NCBI GenBank assembly: GCA_000934665.2
Contig: JYFJ02002587.1
Span: forward strand, 1-54,408
Source: Catajapyx aquilonaris
Lineage: Eukaryota
Length of the DNA stretch: 54,408 nt
Reading direction: 5' to 3'
The translations under genes and the position numbers were made by a program. Positions 49,200 to 54,408 of the stretch are shown in pieces (the first letter of the stretch is position 1; each line of letters begins with the position of its first letter). The notes beneath the pieces are model-generated. The model worked only from the letters and a program-made list of their open reading frames with translations. It was not told the origin of the DNA and did not search any database.

Positions 49200-50200
49200 T
49201 CGTGCATCCCACTTGCATCTGATTAGCTTTCTCCAACTGTGAACCTCGAATTTTTTAAAGGAATAATTATAAAGGATGACTAACCCCGCCCCAAAAAGTG
49301 AGACCCACCCGTCTCAAACGATGGCCGAAAATTGATTCACATACTGCCGATTTTTTTTTATACATAAAATCCTGGATGCAGCGGAATCCATACCTCTTCA
49401 AACGAGGGGCGGGCGGACACGGGGCAGGTCGGGCAACCTGGTGCACTCCTGGGCACTCGAGCCAGCGCACAACTTTAAAGCCGTTATATCGCCATTTTTA
49501 TAATGCAAAATTTTAATGAACAAAACCGACGCTCAATATGGACGACTGGTCGCGTCCGAATAGACAAGGATGCACACGTGGCCTACGCAGTCTGCTCTCT
49601 TTCCGCAAGTTCCACCGCTTATAAGTAGTCAACATCTATCAACATTAATTCACCACAATTTAATTGATTACATTAGCAAAATATTTAAGACACTATTGAA
49701 CGTTTAACTGGGGTAAAGCATGGCGACTTAGTAGTTAGCAAGTGCGGACACAGCCGGATTAATATGTTGGCACTTTAATGAATCAAAATTGTCATTTTAA
49801 ATATCATAATTAATTATATCAATTTAATTTACTGTCCATGAGGTTATAGACACCGTGATTGACTGGTGTCAAGCATGTCAACTTCACATATGCGGAAGCG
49901 GCGTCTCATTAGCACTTGAGAACTTGACAGCTCAAACCCGGTTCAAACTGAAACTGGGAGAGAAAATTCCAATTAAATGTTGCGTTAGACGTATTCGTCC
50001 CAAATGGAATATTACGTGATGCACTGCAACTATAAAAATTGATGTAATTATCGGCCGAATGACGACACATTCCTTCCAGAATGTCCGACGTGGACGGCGT
50101 GCGCAATTGGAGTTAATTTTATTTCATGCGAGTGCGGCGCGTCATGTTCTTCAAATCATCTGAATTTTCTTGACATTTAAATTGGCAGTTCATGCAAGGT
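49200..50200. promoter_or_regulatory. Putative bidirectional promoter / 5' UTR region between genes A and C
   Basis: Lies between divergent ATGs (48969 minus, 50471 plus), both just after splice acceptors, so non-coding first exons should lie here. Visibly CpG-enriched versus the gene bodies; no recognisable repeats; CGGAAG at ~49893 and ATGGCG at ~49720. Confidence 0.6.
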
Positions 50201-50470
50201 TCATGTGTGATTTATATTACGATAGTTGATCACCAAATGACTGCAGCATCTGTCTTCTGAAGGTGCACTTGCTTACAGGCCCTGGAGAGGTTCGTATATG
50301 TACTGTATTGAATGATTGAGACTTCACACTAAGTTATATATGGAAAAGGAGGTGGAATGTAAAAAAAAAAGAGTGTCAATTTCTCATATTTGGTCCACTG
50401 CAACTACCTGTAACTTAAGTACAAATGTGGGTAATCCTGAAACCGTTGACAATTGGTCTTCCCTCAGCAG

Positions 50471-52490
50471 ATGAGCCTGTTCAAAATTGAGGTTGTGGAG
50501 GAAGCTGAAGAAGAGACAAGCACATTTGAGGACTGCAATGACAATGCGGTTGTTAAGCAGGTGGTCTGGGATGCTGACTCCATGCAGGAAATGATGGGGT
50601 CTGAGGTGGCGGAGAACGATCAGTACCCAGTGGAGGACATGCAGAGCTCCCCGCTTGGCAGTGTCCCATGCGGAGATGTGGACGGCATACTTAGGACTAG
50701 GGCGAAGGTATTCGATCTCTTATGCGGCACCCTGAAACTGGGATTAACACCAGTGCCTGTCTGGATTAGGTTCCAAAAGTCAGCTTGACGAATGGCAGGA
50801 GCATCCAGTCATCTATGCGAGCACTGGCCAGCAGATCTGGTAGAAAGACATTTCCATGTACGCACTGTGGAGATGTGTTCCTGACAGAAGGCGTGCTCAG
50901 CATGCATCTCTCCAGCCACAACCAGAAGCTTGTTTGCAAGAGGAGATGGGAGGAGAGCGAGAAAGGAAGCTCAGATGATGGGCAGGCCTCCTCTGGACTT
51001 GTGGATGATGGAAAGGTTTCACCAAAATGTGTGCCAATGCCAAGAGGTATGAGAGGGTGATTTTGTGATGTTATAGTCCGCATGCAGGAAGTTTCTAAAT
51101 TTAAAGAAATTGTGATTTATCCCCCCTCCTCTAGGGATGAAGCCATTTCGTTCTCGACGTCCAAACTGGGGCTCCGATGAGATTGAAGCCCTTCTTTCAA
51201 TGATGGAGTTAAACTTACCTTTGACTACAGGAAACCTATCTCAGCATCTGCCCACCCCTGCAGCAATGCGCAAGGCCTGGGAAAAAGTGGCCATGGGAGT
51301 TAACATGGTCTCACGTCATGGGAGGAGTGGAAATGAAGCGAGGGACAAATGGGTCAATCTCAAAAGCTCTGTAGGTCCATGCTTTCTGGACGTGACTTTT
51401 CAAAATGTGGCGATTAAAAATTGTGTCAAATACACAGATAATGCATGCTATTTGTGAACATGGGTGCATTAGTATTTTCTATTGAATTCATATGAAGTCA
51501 AGCTAGAGGCATTTTCAGAAGATGTTTTGTATGAACTAATTAGTAGCCATTTCTGGCAGAGTAAAATTAAGGCGTCAGCAATGAAGCTGGGTGGTGGGTG
51601 CAAATCCAGTCAGGCTCTGACTCCAACCGAAGAGAGAGTGCTGTCCATCTTAGGGATGGAGATGAATGAACCTGAGGCAATCCCAAGTGAGGATGGTACT
51701 GAATCAGAAGAGGTGAACATTACTTCCAATGTGTCAGAAGATACCAGCAGGACAACAGATGCAATGTAAGTTGACAGAAACCTATACTTATATGAGGTGC
51801 AGTATGTAATGAATAATGCACAAGGATTTCAAAGAGGATGTGACAAATATTATTCCTCCACAGGGCTTCTAAAGCAAGAAAAGAAGCCCCAAGTGTTGTA
51901 CAACCTGCAAGACAAACAAATCATAGCGGTAGGCACACAAATGTTATCACATTCAAAAGCAATGAATTTAGTTTTCAAGTCTTTCATGCACAATATTCTT
52001 GCCAGATATGATGAATGATACCTCATATCTTGCAGGCCTAAAGGAAACGAGGCATCTAAAGAGAGAGCGATTGTTTCCTGGATGCCGGCAGATGCCAAAG
52101 GTAAATTTCCCATTTTTTGTACCCTTCAGCTGTGATTTACAATGCTTTTTGCTTATCTTATTCATACATGTAGAGGAAGTACAGTACATTTATTTAGCTG
52201 ACATGATGGTTATTAGTTACATAAGTATTGTAAAAATATGAATTTATAATGAAACTGAATACTCCTGCTAGGCAGTGCGTCACATTCTGGCCACCCGTCG
52301 CAGCATGGCAACAGTTGCTGAATTGCTGCGTAACCAGTCTCAGGAGATCAAGAGGATTCGGGAGATTGGGGAGCAGCTGCTGGAAGTGAGCCAGGCCAAG
52401 CTGGAAATGGACAGGAGGAGGTTGGCCATTGAGGAAGAGAAGATGGAGATGGACAAGGCAGCCATAAGGGCAAAGTTTTTAATGATGTGA
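50471..52490 (+). CDS. Gene C: C2H2 finger + Myb/SANT-like DNA-binding domain + coiled-coil protein (MSANTD/NAIF1-like architecture), ~411 aa
   Basis: Exons 50471-50707, 50770-51046 (FPCTHCGDVFLTEGVLSMHLSSH), 51135-51370 (RRPNWGSDEIEALL...RKAWEKVAMGVN...RSGNEARDKWVNLKSS), 51560-51765 (LTPTEERVLSILG), 52036-52100, 52276-52490 (LEMDRRRLAIEEEKMEMDK, TGA). Phases 0,1,0,2,1 are consistent; total 1236 nt. Confidence 0.82.
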
Positions 52491-52856
52491 TGAGACATGT
52501 AATTGTGTGTGGTATGAATTTCAGCTGATAAATGAAGACCATTTTAAACTACTGCATTTAACCAGCTGGCATTTAGTGTTGAGTAATATATCTTGCAGTT
52601 AGTGTTTCCTATTATGGATAATTTCTGAGCCAGAAGAAATCTCAGCCCAAGGCTGCACCGCTTGTGGGGTTATAAAATGAATTGTGGATCTCATAAAAGT
52701 GATGGGGGGGAAAAAAGAGTTACTTTGTGCACAGTACATGACTGTTGTGATAGCCTTTCAAGTCATTAAATGCTTGTTCAAAGAGGATATTCACAAGTTG
52801 TGTTTTAGTCACTTCCTCGACCTGGCTAGATTAGTGTTATCCTGCATTCTTCAATA

Positions 52857-53740
52857 CTAGTAGTGAACCTGTTGCCAAATTTTGGCAATACTGACTGTCT
52901 CCCCCCACTTGGACATAGTACGATAGGATAGGCCACTACCAGTTGGTGCATAGACATTCCCTCTGCACACTAGTGCTGCTGTGGCACTCTCAGGGGGAAT
53001 GTAGTACTACATGCACATTGGTGATGAGTCACAGCATGGACGAAGCTCACCAGGGCAGTCTTGCCTCCGTTGAAGTGTGTCCCAAGTTGGTACACACTTG
53101 GTTGGAACTCCGTCTGCCATAGAGAGTGAGTCTGTTGTGTCGTGCCATTATTGAACGGGGAAAGTGATAACCATAAAACCATGTGAGAACTATGGTAACT
53201 AACAACTAAGTGCACCTAGGAGCTAGGACATAGGTGACAAGTCAACACTCTTAGAGACGGAGTCGCATCTAGCAAATTCTGAACATGATGCAGAGGATCA
53301 TTCTGCTAGGTAAATTATCAGCCATGAGAAGGATTAAACCCCTAGGTGAATTATTATTAGCCACGAGTAAAATTAATCTATTTGGTGAATAAATTATTAT
53401 CTATGAGGAGGACTCTCTCTCTGGGATTAATCTGCTAGGTGAATTATTCTCCACTAGTAGCAGAGCCATTGCCAAATTTTGGCAACACTACTTGGCCCAC
53501 CCCCCAACTTGGACATAGTAAAATAGGACACTGCCAGTTGGCGCATAGGCTCTCCCTCTGCACACTCCTGCCCCTCTCAGGGAGAAAGTAGTACTGCATG
53601 CACGTTGGTAATGAGTCAGTGCAGTGTGCCCAAGTCCACCAGGGCCCTATACTACTTTCTCCATTAACAATTAAAGGACAGAAGTTAAATCTATGGTAAC
53701 TACTATCTACGCAATGAGTAAACTTATTTACAGTGTGGAG
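52857..53740 (-). mobile_element. Two diverged tandem Helitron-like copies
   Basis: Direct repeats starting at CTAG 52857 and 53454, each followed ~15 nt later by the palindrome TTGCCAAATTTTGGCAA (a minus-strand hairpin + CTAG 3' end); ~200 bp of shared sequence; 5' ends undefined. Confidence 0.6.
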
Positions 53741-54264
53741 TCACACATCAATTCTGTATAATATTTAAGGGGCGATAGCCCCTTAGTAAGACCGTAGCAT
53801 AGATTTCAACAATGAATTTCTTCAACATCTTCTTCTTGTTGTTACGCTTTTTTTATTCGCCCTAACTCAAGTTCTGCTGTAGGTAGAGCTTCCAAATTTT
53901 GAACACAGATGCCCACCGTCGTGAAGTGCATTCCTACCATTTACAGCTGAACTCAATTCCTCTTCAAAAGGCCGCAAAAAAAATGAAAAAGACGTTTCTA
54001 TTTATTTGCTCAATAACTATTCGGAATTTGGTTTCTTCATCAAAGGGCCGAATGCGCAGTAGGATGGTGCGGATTTATGTTCAAAACCTCGCACTTCCAC
54101 CTGCTGCAGGATTGAAGTTATGATTTTTTTTACGTCAAATACTTCATTTGTTCGCGATTCCATCGCCTAGCAATGTCAATTCCTATTTACACCTCGCCAT
54201 ATTGTTAGGGAAATGTTACCCTGCTTCTCTGAAGTGAACGATTAGCTCTTGATTGTACTTATTA

Positions 54265-54408
54265 CAGTTGAATCCGGATATAACAGCCTCGGATATAACA
54301 TACTTGGCTACAAAGGCCGTCCCGGCATGCTTCCATTAGGCACTGTGTATTTGCACTCCTGATGTAACAGACTCATTTTCACCTCACCTCCGGTATAACA
54401 GACCATTT
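54265..54408. mobile_element. Left end of a pogo/Tigger-like element, truncated by the window
   Basis: TA|CAGTTGAATCCGGATATAAC with repeated GATATAACA motifs. Confidence 0.65.

Noticed and set aside
53766..54250. TTAA|GGGGCGATAGCCCC as a possible Kolobok left end
   Set aside because: No convincing matching right end found.

Overview
Eukaryotic genomic DNA, most likely from an arthropod (possibly an insect; taxon inferred from SINE and mariner style, not confirmed). It holds a cluster of spliced C2H2 zinc-finger genes, modelled by eye from GT-AG sites and exon phase. On the minus strand are gene A (48969-43308; 5 C2H2 fingers, a Myb/SANT-like domain and a coiled coil), unit A' (40925-35663; about 10 fingers; either a long isoform of A or a separate paralog) and gene B (30610-12869; 7 exons, all junctions phase 0). 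On the plus strand, head-to-head with A across a CpG-rich spacer, is gene C (50471-52490; C2H2, Myb/SANT-like domain, coiled coil). Introns and intergenic DNA are packed with non-autonomous transposons, many of them near-complete palindromes. Termini and target-site duplications (TSDs) match Tc1/mariner, pogo/Tigger, hAT, PIF/Harbinger, P, Kolobok, Merlin, MULE, piggyBac and Helitron types, plus at least three tRNA-derived SINE types. No intact transposase, rRNA, true tRNA or CRISPR array was seen. The best leads are the head-to-head C2H2+Myb/SANT gene pair, the alternative 3' modules of gene A, and a 1.2-kb mariner-transposase hairpin in the probable 3' UTR of A'. Gene models and superfamily calls need computational confirmation.
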